Shown here: positions 49,856 to 60,674 of the stretch, in pieces
How positions within the stretch are numbered: position 1 is the first letter of the stretch
Layout of the letters: every line of letters begins with the position of its first letter
From: Pseudomonas sp.
GTDB taxonomy: Bacteria; Pseudomonadota; Gammaproteobacteria; Pseudomonadales; Pseudomonadaceae
Direction: 5' to 3'
DNA length: 64,000 bases
Assembly (NCBI RefSeq): GCF_048269965.1
Contig: NZ_JBLWTV010000007.1
Location: 171,663 to 235,662 of the forward strand
The notes under the pieces: model-generated
The model's input: the letters and a program-made list of their open reading frames with translations, nothing else
The model's database searches: none
What the model was told of the DNA's origin: nothing
Made by a program: the position numbers and the translations under genes

Positions 49856-52261
49856 ATGAACTCCCTTCTCCGTTCCCTCGCCCTCCTGCTGATGCTGGCT
49901 GTTTCCTCCGCCTGGGCCGAGAGCACGCGCATGCCCTTGCGCCCCGTTTTCGATGCCGAGCAGCGCGCCTGGCTCAGGGAGCATCCGGTGCTGCGCGTGG
50001 GCCTGATTCAGCAGGCGCCCTGGGTACTGCGTGACCAGAACCGACAGTTGACGGGCGCCAATGTCGAACTGATGCAGCGTCTGCTCGAAGGCATGGGTGT
50101 CGCCCCCGATTGGCGCTTGTATCCGAATCTGGAAGCCCTGGAGCGTGCCGCCGGTGCAGGCGAGGTGGACCTGGCCCCAGGCCTGCAGCAGACACCGGCT
50201 GGCCTGCGCATCTGGCACTACTCCATGCCTTACCTGCGCGTGCCGCATCTGGTGGTCGGCGAGCGCAGCGGCAATGGCGCGGTGGATCTCGACCAACTGC
50301 CGCTGGAGCAGAGGGTCGCGTTGCGCATGCCCAGTCAGGCTGCCGAATACCTGGAGCGCACTCATACCAACCTGCGTCTGCACGCGACGACTTCGGAGCG
50401 TTCGGCGTTGCTCCTGGTTCTGAATCAGGAAGTCAGCTACGCGGTACTGGATGAAGCGAGCCTCAGCCAGCTGCTGCGCGAGTCACGTTTCTCCAGCCTG
50501 AGCATCGTCGGCGACATCGGTCTGCCGCAGCTCCTGCGCCTGGCCACGCGCCGCGATCAGGCACTGTTGTCCGACATCGTCGATCAGACCCTGAAAGCGC
50601 TGCCGGCTCGCGAGCTGGAGCAGTTGCGGGAAACCTGGATGCCTCTGCGCTATCCGCAGTCCACTGATTTCGTCGGTTTCTGGAAGACGCTCGCGCTATT
50701 TCTCGGCCTGGTGCTGATGCTGGTGGCAACCGCGCTCTATCGGCAAAGGCAGCAGACGCGTTTGCTCGAGCGAGGGCTGCTGGGGGCACGTGGCGAGCTG
50801 GATCGTCATCAGCAGGCGGCCGAGGCATTGCGCCTGAGCCAGTTCTCCATCGACCACAGCACGGTGGGCATTCTCTGGGTCAACTGGGACAGTCACCTGC
50901 GCTACGCCAACCGCGCCGCCGAACGCATGCTCGGCTACGCCGCCGGCGAGCTGGTGGACAAGCCATTGAGTCAGTTGGAGCCCGGCCTGCACATGGATCG
51001 CTGGCTCAACCTGTGGAAGCGCGTGCGCGAGCAGGACGAGGGTTCCCCCAGCTTCGAGGTCGACTGCCTGCGCGCCGACGGCAGCCGCATGCCGGCCGAT
51101 GTGTCCCTGAGCTTCCTGCGTTATCGCCAGGCCGAGTACCTGGTGGTGTTTCTCAGCGACGTCACCGAGCGCCGTCGGGCGCGTGCGGCGCTGGAGGAGA
51201 GCGAGGCACGCTTCAAGGGGATCGCCGGCAACGTGCCCGGCCTGGTGTTTCGCCTGGAGCGCGCCGGGCCGGGAGCGGTGGTCAACTTCGCCTACATCAG
51301 CGAGGCCAGTCAGGACATGGTCGGCTGGCCGGCGCACGAGTTGCAGCGCGAGGAGCGCGGTATCCGCAGCCTGGTGCATCCGCAGGATCTGAATAGCTAC
51401 CTGAACAGCCAGACGCTGGCGCTGGAGGGCGAGAGCGACTGGTACTGGCAGGGGCGCATCCTCACCGCCGAGCAGGAGGTGCTGTGGGCGGACATTCGTA
51501 CCACCGCGCGTCCGCTGGGCAATGGGCGCGTGGTGTGGGACGGCATCCTCTGGGATATCACCGAGAACAAGCTGGCCGAGCTGGCGCTGGCCGACTCGCG
51601 GGCGCGTCTGCGCGAACTGTCGGCGCACCTGGAAAGTGTGCGCGAGGAGGAAAAGGCGCGGATCGCCCGCGAAGTGCATGACGAGCTGGGGCAGGTGCTG
51701 ACCGTGCTCAAGCTGGAAACGGCGATGTGCGAGCTGGTTTGCGCCGGCCAGATTCCCGAGCTGGACGAGCGCCTCAACAGCATGAAACGCCTGATCGCTC
51801 AGTTGTTCCAGCTGGTGCGTGATGTGGCCACGGCGTTGCGCCCGCCGATTCTCGATGCCGGCATTGCCTCGGCCATCGAGTGGCAAGTGCGGCGCTTCGA
51901 GGAGCGCACGCAGATTCCTTGTCTGGTCGAGGTACCGGAGCACCTGTCGCACCTGCCGGATGCCCAGGCCATAGGCATGTTCCGCATTCTCCAGGAGGCG
52001 CTGACCAACGTGATGCGGCATGCCGGTGCGCACAGCGTCGAAGTGCGCCTGTGGCAGGAAGGGAGCGCCTTGTGTCTGTTGGTCGTCGATGATGGCAAGG
52101 GCTTCGATCCGGCGCTGCGCAAACCGGGGCAATCCTTCGGCCTGGTCGGCATGCAGGAGCGCATGCTCATGCTCGGTGGCCAGTTGCAGATTGACAGCCA
52201 GCCGGGCGAGGGCACTACGCTGTGTGCGCGCATCAATCTGGAAGAGGAGATCGCAGCGTGA
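49856..52261 (+). CDS. Sensor histidine kinase with periplasmic solute-binding domain, PAS domains and a HisKA_3/HATPase core
   Basis: Signal peptide, an SBP-like ectodomain, a TM segment, two PAS-like segments, H-box IAREVHDELGQ, and ATPase block GEGTTL. Position corresponds to PAO1 agtS (PA0600) as I recall it, unverified. Confidence 0.85.
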   Translation: MNSLLRSLALLLMLAVSSAWAESTRMPLRPVFDAEQRAWLREHPVLRVGLIQQAPWVLRDQNRQLTGANVELMQRLLEGMGVAPDWRLYPNLEALERAAGAGEVDLAPGLQQTPAGLRIWHYSMPYLRVPHLVVGERSGNGAVDLDQLPLEQRVALRMPSQAAEYLERTHTNLRLHATTSERSALLLVLNQEVSYAVLDEASLSQLLRESRFSSLSIVGDIGLPQLLRLATRRDQALLSDIVDQTLKALPARELEQLRETWMPLRYPQSTDFVGFWKTLALFLGLVLMLVATALYRQRQQTRLLERGLLGARGELDRHQQAAEALRLSQFSIDHSTVGILWVNWDSHLRYANRAAERMLGYAAGELVDKPLSQLEPGLHMDRWLNLWKRVREQDEGSPSFEVDCLRADGSRMPADVSLSFLRYRQAEYLVVFLSDVTERRRARAALEESEARFKGIAGNVPGLVFRLERAGPGAVVNFAYISEASQDMVGWPAHELQREERGIRSLVHPQDLNSYLNSQTLALEGESDWYWQGRILTAEQEVLWADIRTTARPLGNGRVVWDGILWDITENKLAELALADSRARLRELSAHLESVREEEKARIAREVHDELGQVLTVLKLETAMCELVCAGQIPELDERLNSMKRLIAQLFQLVRDVATALRPPILDAGIASAIEWQVRRFEERTQIPCLVEVPEHLSHLPDAQAIGMFRILQEALTNVMRHAGAHSVEVRLWQEGSALCLLVVDDGKGFDPALRKPGQSFGLVGMQERMLMLGGQLQIDSQPGEGTTLCARINLEEEIAA

Positions 52262-52887
52262 TTCGGGTTCTGGTGGCTGAAGACCACACCATCGTGCGGG
52301 AAGGCATCAAGCAATTGATCGGTATGGCGCGTGATCTCGAGGTGGCCGGCGAAGCCTGCAATGGCGAGCAACTGATCGAGGTGTTGCGGCGCACGCCTTG
52401 CGATGTGGTGCTGCTGGATATCTCCATGCCCGGCGTCAATGGCCTGGAGGCCATCCCGCGCATTCGCGCACTGACCGATGCCCCGGCGATTCTGGTGCTG
52501 TCGATGCACGACGAGGCGCAGATGGCGGCGCGTGCGCTCAAGGCCGGGGCTGCCGGCTACGCCACCAAGGACAGCGACCCGGCGCTGCTGATCACCGCGA
52601 TTCGCAAGGTGGCCGGCGGTGGTCGCTACATCGATCCGGCGCTGGCCGACCGCATGGTCTTCGAGGTCGGCCTGACCGATTCGCGCCCGCCTCATGCGCA
52701 ACTGTCCGAGCGTGAGTTTTCGGTGTTCGAGCGTCTGGTTCGGGGCGAGGGCGTCAACGATATCGCCTTGCACCTGGCGATCAGCAACAAGACCGTGAGC
52801 ACGCACAAGGCGCGCCTGATGCAGAAGCTCGGCGCGCATTCGATGGCTGATCTGGTGCGTTACGCCATGGAGCATCGCCTGGTCTGA
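52258..52887 (+). CDS. LuxR/NarL-family response regulator
   Basis: GTG 52258 overlaps the kinase stop (GTGA). Receiver IRVLVAEDHTIVREG..VLLDISMPG, and HTH LSEREFSVFERLVRGEGVNDIALHLAISNKTVSTHK. Confidence 0.88.
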   Translation: MIRVLVAEDHTIVREGIKQLIGMARDLEVAGEACNGEQLIEVLRRTPCDVVLLDISMPGVNGLEAIPRIRALTDAPAILVLSMHDEAQMAARALKAGAAGYATKDSDPALLITAIRKVAGGGRYIDPALADRMVFEVGLTDSRPPHAQLSEREFSVFERLVRGEGVNDIALHLAISNKTVSTHKARLMQKLGAHSMADLVRYAMEHRLV

Positions 52888-52923
52888 GCGACCGCTCCTG
52901 CAACACGCGGCGGTATGGCCGGC

Positions 52924-53009
52924 GTAGGGTGGATGACGCTCTTTTTCATCCACCGTGGCGATATGAGTACATCCGCACCGGTGGACATGAAAAGCGATGT
53001 CCACCCTAC
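52924..53009. repeat. REP pair of the GTAGGGTGGA family
   Basis: GTAGGGTGGATGA-N10-TCATCCACC and GGTGGACAT-N8-ATGTCCACCCTAC in inverted orientation. Confidence 0.75.
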
Positions 53010-53209
53010 CCACTGGTGCGCACAGCCTCGGCGGCCCCGCGACACCCTACGGGCGTGATGCCCGAGATACCTACTCGGGATTTGTAGGACAATCCCTACA
53101 CGAGATTCTCCTCGCGCCTGATACCAGCTTGTCATCCCGCCCGATTTTTCAGCCTGTCTCGCCGACCTAATCTTGGGTCATCGGCCTGAGACAAGAACAA
53201 GGGTGTGGT

Positions 53210-54310
53210 GTGATGGCAAACGATGTACTGGTGAGTTTCCGTGGCGTGCAGAAGAGCTATGACGGCGAAACGCTGATCGTCAAAGACCTCAACCTGGATA
53301 TCCGCAAGGGTGAGTTCCTGACCCTGCTCGGCCCCTCCGGTTCCGGCAAGACCACCAGCCTGATGATGCTGGCCGGTTTCGAGACGCCGACCGCTGGCGA
53401 GATCCTGCTCGATGGCCGCTCCCTGAACAAACTGCCGCCGCACAAGCGGGACATCGGCATGGTGTTCCAGAACTACGCGCTGTTTCCGCACATGACCGTG
53501 GCCGAGAACCTGGCCTTCCCGCTGAGCGTGCGTGGCATGTCGCGCACCGACATCAGCGAGCGGGTCAAGCGCGCGCTGTCGATGGTACAGCTCGACAGCT
53601 TCCGCAACCGCTATCCGGGCCAGCTCTCCGGTGGCCAGCAGCAGCGCGTGGCGCTGGCCCGTGCGTTGGTATTCGAGCCGCAACTGGTGCTGATGGACGA
53701 GCCCCTCGGTGCGCTGGACAAGCAACTGCGCGAACACATGCAGATGGAGATCAAGCACCTGCACCAGCGTCTGGGCGTGACCGTGGTCTACGTGACCCAC
53801 GACCAGGGCGAGGCGCTGACCATGTCCGATCGTGTAGCCGTGTTCCACCAGGGCGAGATCCAGCAGATCGCCCCGCCGCGCGAGCTCTACGAAGCGCCGC
53901 ACAACACCTTCGTCGCCCAGTTCATCGGTGAGAACAATCGCCTGGCCGGCGAGCTGATCAGCCGCGATGGCGAGCAGTGCGTGGTGCGTCTGGCGCGTGG
54001 CGAAGAGATACGCGCCACGGCGGTCAACGTCGGCGCGGTCGGCGAAGCGGTGAGCCTGTCGATTCGCCCCGAGCGCATCCGCTTGAATGGCCACAGCGAA
54101 GCCTGTCCGAACCGTTTCTCCGGGCGTATCGCCGAGTTCATCTACCTGGGCGACCACGTGCGTATTCGCATGGAGGTCTGCGGCAGATCCGATTTCTACG
54201 TCAAGCAACCCGTGGCCGAGCTCGATCCGGCGCTGACGGTTGGTGACCTGGTTCCGCTCGGCTGGTCTGTCGAGCATGTCCGTGCGCTGGATCCACTCCA
54301 AGTCGAGTGA
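53210..54310 (+). CDS. ABC transporter ATP-binding protein (PotA/polyamine-type)
   Basis: Walker [10 protein letters not shown], signature [15 protein letters not shown], Walker [13 protein letters not shown]. Has a C-terminal TOBE-like domain. Confidence 0.9.
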   Translation: MMANDVLVSFRGVQKSYDGETLIVKDLNLDIRKGEFLTLLGPSGSGKTTSLMMLAGFETPTAGEILLDGRSLNKLPPHKRDIGMVFQNYALFPHMTVAENLAFPLSVRGMSRTDISERVKRALSMVQLDSFRNRYPGQLSGGQQQRVALARALVFEPQLVLMDEPLGALDKQLREHMQMEIKHLHQRLGVTVVYVTHDQGEALTMSDRVAVFHQGEIQQIAPPRELYEAPHNTFVAQFIGENNRLAGELISRDGEQCVVRLARGEEIRATAVNVGAVGEAVSLSIRPERIRLNGHSEACPNRFSGRIAEFIYLGDHVRIRMEVCGRSDFYVKQPVAELDPALTVGDLVPLGWSVEHVRALDPLQVE

Positions 54311-54363
54311 GCCTTTCGCGCAGTGCTTCATCTTTACCCCGTAACACAGAGGAGCTGATAAGA

Positions 54364-55395
54364 ATGACGAAATCCCTGAAGCTCGCGGCGTTGGCCCTGG
54401 GCGTTAGCTGTGCCATGCCGGCACTGGCGGTGGATCTGACGGCGGTTTCCTTCGGCGGCGCGAACAAGGCGGCGCAGGTCAAGGCGTTCTACGAACCCTT
54501 CGAGAAGGACACCGGCAACAAGGTGCTGGGCGGCGAATACAACGGTGAGATGGCCAAGGTCAAAGCCATGGTCGACACCCGCAGCGTGAGCTGGGACCTG
54601 GTGGAGGTGGAGTCGCCGGAGCTGGCTCGTGGTTGCGACGAAGGCCTGTTCGAGGAGCTCGACCCGGCACAGTTCGGCGATCAGGCCAACTTCATCGACG
54701 GCGCCATCCAGCCGTGCGGTGTGGGCTTCTTCGTCTGGTCCACGGTGCTGGCCTACAACGCCGACAAACTGAGCGCGGCACCGACCAGTTGGACCGATTT
54801 CTGGGACGTGGCGAAATTTCCGGGCAAGCGCGGCCTGCGCAAGGGCGCCAAGTACACCCTGGAGTTCGCCCTGATGGCCGACGGCGTGCCGGTCAAGGAC
54901 GTGTACAAGGTGCTGGCCACCAAGGAAGGCCAGGATCGTGCGTTCAAGAAGCTCGACGAACTGAAACCCAATATCCAGTGGTGGGAAGCCGGCGCCCAGC
55001 CGCCGCAGTACCTGGCCTCCGGCGACGTGGTGATGAGCTCGGCCTACAACGGTCGTATCGCGGCCGTGCAAGCCGAGAGCAACCTGCAAGTGGTGTGGAA
55101 CGGTGGCATCTACGACTTCGACTCCTGGGCCATCCCGCGTGGCGCCAAGAACGTGGAGCTGGCCAAGGAGTTCATCGCCTACTCGGTCAAGCCCGAAGCG
55201 CAGAAGACCTACTCGGAAAACATCGCCTACGGTCCGGCCAACAAGCAGGCCATCGAGTTGCTGGCGCCGGAGCGTCTGAACCTGATGCCGACCACCCCGG
55301 AAAACATCGCCAACCAGGTGGCCATCGACGTGACCTTCTGGGCCGACTACGGCGAGCAGCTTGAGCAGCGTTTCAACGCCTGGGCCGCCCGTTAA
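54364..55395 (+). CDS. ABC transporter periplasmic substrate-binding protein (PotD/PotF-like)
   Basis: ORF trimmed to ATG 54364 (SD AGAGGAG). Signal peptide MTKSLKLAALALGVSCAMPALA. Confidence 0.88.
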   Translation: MTKSLKLAALALGVSCAMPALAVDLTAVSFGGANKAAQVKAFYEPFEKDTGNKVLGGEYNGEMAKVKAMVDTRSVSWDLVEVESPELARGCDEGLFEELDPAQFGDQANFIDGAIQPCGVGFFVWSTVLAYNADKLSAAPTSWTDFWDVAKFPGKRGLRKGAKYTLEFALMADGVPVKDVYKVLATKEGQDRAFKKLDELKPNIQWWEAGAQPPQYLASGDVVMSSAYNGRIAAVQAESNLQVVWNGGIYDFDSWAIPRGAKNVELAKEFIAYSVKPEAQKTYSENIAYGPANKQAIELLAPERLNLMPTTPENIANQVAIDVTFWADYGEQLEQRFNAWAAR

Positions 55396-55420
55396 GCCAG
55401 GTGTCGCGTAGCGACGCCTT

Positions 55421-55472
55421 CCTCGTCCCCTTCTCCTGCGGGAGAAGGTGGCGCATAGCGCCGGATGAGGGG
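55421..55472. repeat. REP-type hairpin (GGAGAAGG variant)
   Basis: CCCCTTCTCC-tgcg-GGAGAAGGTG with flanking CCTCGTCCCC/GGATGAGGGG. Confidence 0.55.
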
Positions 55473-55543
55473 CGGAGCTGCTCAAACGATGTGTGTCGTA
55501 TCCCCCGATTCTCTGCCGCCTGGTGCGGCCTTAGCTTGCGGAG

Positions 55544-56797
55544 TTGTCCATGGCCGCCGTACTGCCCGCCAACGATTTGCCAGGGCCGAGCCTGAAGCAG
55601 CGTCTGGCTCGTGCCGAGCGTTTCAATCGCCTGAAATCCAAGGCGCTGATCCTGCCGCTGTTGCTGTTTCTCCTGCTGACCTTCCTGCTGCCCATCGGCG
55701 CGCTGCTGATGCGCAGCGTCGACAACCCGGAGGTGGTCGGCAGCCTGCCGCGTACCGTCGAGGCGATTGCCGGATGGGATGGTCGTGGTCTGCCGGATGA
55801 ATCGGTATACCGGGCGATTGCCGGCGATATGCTCGAGGCGCGGCGCAACCAGAGCCTGGGCGATCTGTCCAAGCGCCTGAACATGGAGCTGGCGGGCTTT
55901 CGCAGCCTGGTCAGCAGTACCGCACGCAAGCTGCCGCTGCGCGAGGAGCCGGCGTCCTACCAGGAAGCCTTCCTCGAGATGGACGAGCGCTGGGGCGATC
56001 CCGCCTACTGGCAGGTGATCCGCCGCAATGCTTCGTCGGTGACGCCGTACTATTTGCTGGCCGCGCTCGATCACCGCATCGACGACCTTGGCGAACTGGC
56101 CAAGGCCACGCCGGACCAGGCCATCTACCTGGACATCTTCGCCCGTACCTTCTGGATGAGCCTGGTGATCACCGCCATCTGCCTGGTGCTGGCCTACCCA
56201 CTGGCTTACCTGCTGGCCAACCTGCCCACGCGGCAAGGCAACCTGCTGATGATCCTGGTGCTGCTACCGTTCTGGACCTCGATCCTGGTGCGGGTCGCGG
56301 CCTGGATCGTGTTGCTGCAGTCGGGCGGGCTGATCAACAGCGCGCTGATCTCGCTGGGCATCATCGAGCAGCCGCTGCAACTGGTGTTCAACCGTAGCGG
56401 CGTGTACGTGGCCATGGTGCACATCATGCTGCCGTTCATGATCCTGCCGATCTACAGCGTGATGAAGGGTATCTCGCCCAGCTACATGCGTGCGGCGGTG
56501 TCGCTCGGCTGCCACCCGTTCGCCAGTTTCTGGCGGGTGTACTTCCCGCAGACCCTGGCCGGTGTCGGCGCCGGTTGCCTGCTGGTGTTCATCCTGTCGA
56601 TTGGCTACTACATCACCCCGGCGCTGCTGGGCAGCCCGAACGACCAGATGATCAGCTACTTCGTCGCCTTCTACACCAACACCACCATCAACTGGGGCAT
56701 GGCCACGGCCCTTGGCGGCCTGCTGCTGGCGGCGACCCTGGTGCTCTACGTGGTGTACAGCTGGCTGGTTGGTGCGAGCAAGCTGAGGCTTGCTTGA
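55544..56797 (+). CDS. ABC transporter permease (PotB-like)
   Basis: 417-aa polytopic ORF with an EAA-like loop (MRAAVSLGCHPFASFWRVYFPQT). Confidence 0.88.
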   Translation: MSMAAVLPANDLPGPSLKQRLARAERFNRLKSKALILPLLLFLLLTFLLPIGALLMRSVDNPEVVGSLPRTVEAIAGWDGRGLPDESVYRAIAGDMLEARRNQSLGDLSKRLNMELAGFRSLVSSTARKLPLREEPASYQEAFLEMDERWGDPAYWQVIRRNASSVTPYYLLAALDHRIDDLGELAKATPDQAIYLDIFARTFWMSLVITAICLVLAYPLAYLLANLPTRQGNLLMILVLLPFWTSILVRVAAWIVLLQSGGLINSALISLGIIEQPLQLVFNRSGVYVAMVHIMLPFMILPIYSVMKGISPSYMRAAVSLGCHPFASFWRVYFPQTLAGVGAGCLLVFILSIGYYITPALLGSPNDQMISYFVAFYTNTTINWGMATALGGLLLAATLVLYVVYSWLVGASKLRLA

Positions 56798-56826
56798 AAA
56801 CGGTCTGCGCAGCAGGCCATCTGATG

Positions 56827-56946
56827 ACCCTCTCCCATTCATGGGAGAGGGTGCCCGAAGGGCGGGAGAGGGCGGCTATTAGTTGCGCCCACCCCTCTCC
56901 CCTACGCCGGGCGCCCCCAACCCCTCTCCCGCAAGCGGGAGAGGGG
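56827..56946. repeat. Cluster of GGGAGAGGG-family REP hairpins between the two permease genes
   Basis: ACCCTCTCCC-attcat-GGGAGAGGGT, then GGGAGAGGGC, then CCCCTCTCCC-gcaagc-GGGAGAGGGG. Confidence 0.75.
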
Positions 56947-56976
56947 AGCTTAAAAAGCTCACTGGAGTAAAACCGC

Positions 56977-57804
56977 ATGCTCAGCCCCTACATGTCACCC
57001 GTCGAGCGTCTCTGGTACTACGGCCTGCGCATTCTCTGCGGCCTGGTACTGCTGTTTCTGATCCTGCCGGTGCTGGTGATCGTGCCGCTGTCGTTCAACT
57101 CCGGCACCTTTCTGGTCTACCCGCTGCAGGGCTTCTCGCTGCGCTGGTACGAGGACTTCTTCATGTCCGCCGACTGGATGCGCTCGCTGAAGAACAGCCT
57201 GATCATCGCTCCGGCCGCGACCATGCTGGCCATGGTCTTCGGCACCCTGGCGGCCATCGGCCTGACCCGTGGCGAGTTTCGCGGCAAGGCGCTGGTGATG
57301 AGCCTGCTGATCTCGCCGATGATCGTGCCGGTGGTGATCATCGGTGTGGCCAGCTACCTGTTCTTCGCCCCGTTGGGCATGGGCAACAGTTACCTGTCGC
57401 TGATCCTGGTGCATGCCGTGCTCGGCGTGCCGTTCGTGATCATCACCGTGTCGGCCACGCTGCAGGGCTTCAACCACAACCTGGTTCGCGCCGCCGCCAG
57501 TCTCGGCGCCTCGCCGCTGACGGCGTTTCGCCGGGTGACCCTGCCGCTGATCGCGCCAGGTGTGATCTCCGGTGCGCTGTTCGCCTTCGCCACCTCCTTC
57601 GATGAAGTGGTGGTGACCCTGTTCCTCGCCGGTCCCGAGCAGGCCACCCTGCCGCGGCAGATGTTCAGCGGCATCCGCGAGAACCTGTCGCCAACCATTG
57701 CGGCCGCCGCGACCCTGCTGATCGGCTTCTCGGTGTTGCTGCTGCTGACTCTGGAGTGGCTGCGTGGGCGGAGCGAGAAGCTGCGCACTTCGACGCCGGA
57801 ATAG
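56977..57804 (+). CDS. ABC transporter permease (PotC-like)
   Basis: 275-aa polytopic ORF with an EAA-like loop (VRAAASLGASPLTAFRRVTLPLI). Confidence 0.88.
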   Translation: MLSPYMSPVERLWYYGLRILCGLVLLFLILPVLVIVPLSFNSGTFLVYPLQGFSLRWYEDFFMSADWMRSLKNSLIIAPAATMLAMVFGTLAAIGLTRGEFRGKALVMSLLISPMIVPVVIIGVASYLFFAPLGMGNSYLSLILVHAVLGVPFVIITVSATLQGFNHNLVRAAASLGASPLTAFRRVTLPLIAPGVISGALFAFATSFDEVVVTLFLAGPEQATLPRQMFSGIRENLSPTIAAAATLLIGFSVLLLLTLEWLRGRSEKLRTSTPE

Positions 57805-57908
57805 ATCGCCGCAGCTGCAGGTTCAGGGCCTCGCCGGGAAACCGGCGGGGCCTTGCTCGTTTCCGGGCGTAGAATGTGCAGTTTCCCCTGTCGTAACAAG
57901 GCGGCCAG

Positions 57909-59279
57909 ATGGACTTCGATGATCCCGGTTTTCGCGAGCTGATCGACGCGTTGCACGATGGCGTCTACATCACCGACGCCGACGGCATCACCCTCAAGGT
58001 CAACAGCGCCTATGAGCGCCTGACCGGGCTGCGTGCCGAGGACGTCGTCGGCCAGCACATGCAGGCGCTGGTAGAGCAGGGCGTGATCTCGCAGTCGGTG
58101 TCCCTGCGTGTGCTCAAGGAAGGCAAGGCGCTATCGCTGATGCAGAGCGTCAGCCAGGGCAAACGCCTGCTGGTCAGTGGTACGCCGATCTTCGCCGCCG
58201 ATGGCCGCGTGCGCTACGTGGTCAGCACCGTGCGCGACATGACCGAGCTGCTGCGCATGAAGCACGAGCGCGACGAGCTGCAGCAGCTGAAGCAGTTGCG
58301 CAGCAGCACGGCCAGGCTGCATGCCGGGCAGCGTGACGATCTGCTCGATGCCTCGCCAGTCGCCGATCAGCCTGCTTCCGGGCGCGTCTTCATGCAGGCA
58401 CGGCAGGTCGCCGCCAGCGACGTGAAGGTGCTGCTGCAGGGGGAAACCGGCGTCGGCAAGACCCTGATCGCCCAGTACATCCACAAGAGCAGCCCGCGCG
58501 CGGCGCAGCCTTTTCTCGCGCTGAACTGTGGCGCGCTGCCGGAGAACCTGATCGAGGCCGAGCTGTTCGGCTATGTGCCAGGCGCCTTCACCGGCGCCGG
58601 CAGCAAGGGCAAGCGTGGTCTGCTCGAGCTGGCGCACCAGGGCACGGTGTTTCTCGATGAGATCGGTGATCTGCCGCTGCCGCTGCAGGTCAAGCTGCTC
58701 AAGGTGATCGAGGAGAGTCGCTTCATTCCGGTTGGTGGGCTGGAGTTGAAGGAAGTGGACGTGCGCATCATCACCGCCACCCACCACGACCTGCGTACGA
58801 TGGTCGCCGAGGGGCGTTTTCGCGCCGACCTCTACTACCGGCTCAACGTCGTGCCGATCCATATTCCGGCCTTGCGCGAGCGGCCCGAGGAAATTCAGCC
58901 GCTGCTGGATTTCTACCTGGCCGAGTTTAACCAGCGTTATGGTCGAGCGCTGAGCTGGGAACTCGAAGCGCTCGATGCACTGACCGACTACGCCTGGCCC
59001 GGCAACATCCGTGAGCTGATCAATCTGGTCGAGCGCCTGGTGGTCACTGCCAGCGGCGAGCGCATAGAGCTGTTCGACCTGCCGGAGGAGATGCGCATCG
59101 CCCGCAGCGACGCCGGCGAAGACGACCTGCTGCCCCTGCGCAAGCAGGTGGAAAACCTTGAGCGGCGCCTCATCCGTCGTGCGCTGATGCAGCACAAGAC
59201 CACCCGAGAGGCGGCCAAGGTGCTGGGGCTCAGCCAGGCGACGCTGGTGCAGAAGATGAAGCGCTGGGAACAAGGTTGA
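57909..59279 (+). CDS. Sigma-54-dependent transcriptional activator with N-terminal PAS domain
   Basis: PAS (ALHDGVYITDADGITLKVNSAYERLTG), AAA+ domain (GETGVGKT, GAFTGA), and C-terminal HTH (TTREAAKVLGLSQATLVQKM). Confidence 0.9.
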   Translation: MDFDDPGFRELIDALHDGVYITDADGITLKVNSAYERLTGLRAEDVVGQHMQALVEQGVISQSVSLRVLKEGKALSLMQSVSQGKRLLVSGTPIFAADGRVRYVVSTVRDMTELLRMKHERDELQQLKQLRSSTARLHAGQRDDLLDASPVADQPASGRVFMQARQVAASDVKVLLQGETGVGKTLIAQYIHKSSPRAAQPFLALNCGALPENLIEAELFGYVPGAFTGAGSKGKRGLLELAHQGTVFLDEIGDLPLPLQVKLLKVIEESRFIPVGGLELKEVDVRIITATHHDLRTMVAEGRFRADLYYRLNVVPIHIPALRERPEEIQPLLDFYLAEFNQRYGRALSWELEALDALTDYAWPGNIRELINLVERLVVTASGERIELFDLPEEMRIARSDAGEDDLLPLRKQVENLERRLIRRALMQHKTTREAAKVLGLSQATLVQKMKRWEQG

Positions 59280-59390
59280 TTGGAAAATGGATCGAAATAC
59301 ACGGCTTTGATTGGTTTTCTGATCAGTTGTGTACTGCGTGGCGCTGTGACAAATCGACGCAAGCCTTCTAGCACGCCGCTTTCGGCGAGC

Positions 59391-59406
59391 TGGCACAGGA
59401 ATGGCT
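59391..59406 (+). promoter_or_regulatory. Candidate sigma-54 (-24/-12) promoter
   Basis: TGGCACAGGAATGGCT. GG (59392-59393) and GC (59404-59405) are separated by exactly 10 nt, with one mismatch to TGGCAC-N5-TTGCW. It lies 51 nt upstream of ATG 59457 and just downstream of a sigma-54 activator gene. Confidence 0.6.
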
Positions 59407-59456
59407 ATGGCAAGCCCCGAACCCGCTCAGCACAACAACGCATAAGGGGCCTGCTG

Positions 59457-60605
59457 ATGAACACTGCCGCATTCAAGATCGCCAACAAGCTGCTGACCGG
59501 CCAGGGTGCCGTGGAGCAACTGGCGCTCGAACTGCCTCGACTGAATATCACCAACCCGCTGATCGTCACCGACGCCATCCTGATCAAGTCCGGTACGGTC
59601 GAGCATGTCCTCAAGCAACTCGGCGAGCGCCGCTATGGCATCTTTGATGGTGTCGAGCCGGAGCCGGAGATCGCCATCGTCGAGGCCTGCGCCAAGGTCT
59701 ATCGCGACGGCGGTCACGATGGTCTGATCGGCGTCGGCGGCGGCAGCGCCATCGATATCGCCAAGGCCGTGGCCGGTTATGTTGGTCATGACGGTGCACT
59801 GGAAGAGCTGTTCGGTGTCGATCAGGTCAAGCGCAAAGGCCCGCCGCTGATTGCCATTCCGACCACCGCCGGCACCGGCTCGGAAGTGACCAACGTGTCG
59901 ATCCTCTCCGACAAGCAGGCCCAGCTGAAGAAGGGCATCGTCAGCGATTACCTGTTGCCCGATGTGGCCCTGGTCAGCCCGCTGATGACCCTGACCTGCC
60001 CGCGCGGCGTGACCGCTGCCAGCGGCGTCGATGCATTGGTGCACGCGGTGGAGTCCTACCTATCGGTCAACGCCTCGCCGATCACCGACGCCCTGGCCAT
60101 TGGTGCGATCAAGCTGATCGCCAGGGCGCTGCCCAAGGCCTACGCCAACCCGGCTGACCTGGTCGCTCGCGAAGACATGGCCACCGCCAGCCTGATGGCC
60201 GGCATGGCCTTCGGCAATGCCGGCGTGGGCGCCGTGCATGCGCTGGCCTACCCGCTGGGCGGGCGCTTCAATATCGCTCACGGCGTCAGCAATGCCTTGC
60301 TGCTGCCCTACGTGATGGCCTGGAACAAGCTGGCCTGCGTCGAGCGCATGGCCGAGATCGCTGCTGCTCTTGGCGTGCAGACGCATGGCCTGGGCGACAA
60401 GGCCGCCGCCGACCTGGCCGTCGAGGCCATGGCCGAGCTGTGCGCCAGCGTCGACATTCCCAAGGGCATGCGCAGCTTCGGTGTACCGGAAGACGCCATC
60501 CCGGCCATGGCCGAGGAGGCGAGCAAGATCGACCGCCTGATGCGCAACAATCCGCGGCGCCTGACGGCTGGTGACATCGAACAAATCTACCGCGCTGCCT
60601 ACTGA
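59457..60605 (+). CDS. Iron-containing (group III) alcohol dehydrogenase
   Basis: ORF trimmed to ATG 59457 (SD AAGGGG). Has GVGGGSAIDIAK, PTTAGTGSEVT, and DALVHAVESY / HALAYPLGG metal-site histidines. 382 aa. Confidence 0.88.
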   Translation: MNTAAFKIANKLLTGQGAVEQLALELPRLNITNPLIVTDAILIKSGTVEHVLKQLGERRYGIFDGVEPEPEIAIVEACAKVYRDGGHDGLIGVGGGSAIDIAKAVAGYVGHDGALEELFGVDQVKRKGPPLIAIPTTAGTGSEVTNVSILSDKQAQLKKGIVSDYLLPDVALVSPLMTLTCPRGVTAASGVDALVHAVESYLSVNASPITDALAIGAIKLIARALPKAYANPADLVAREDMATASLMAGMAFGNAGVGAVHALAYPLGGRFNIAHGVSNALLLPYVMAWNKLACVERMAEIAAALGVQTHGLGDKAAADLAVEAMAELCASVDIPKGMRSFGVPEDAIPAMAEEASKIDRLMRNNPRRLTAGDIEQIYRAAY

Positions 60606-60674
60606 TCCACGCAACAACCGATGAACAGCCCCGGCCATGTCGGGGCTCGCTGCTTACAACTCTAATAAAGCTGG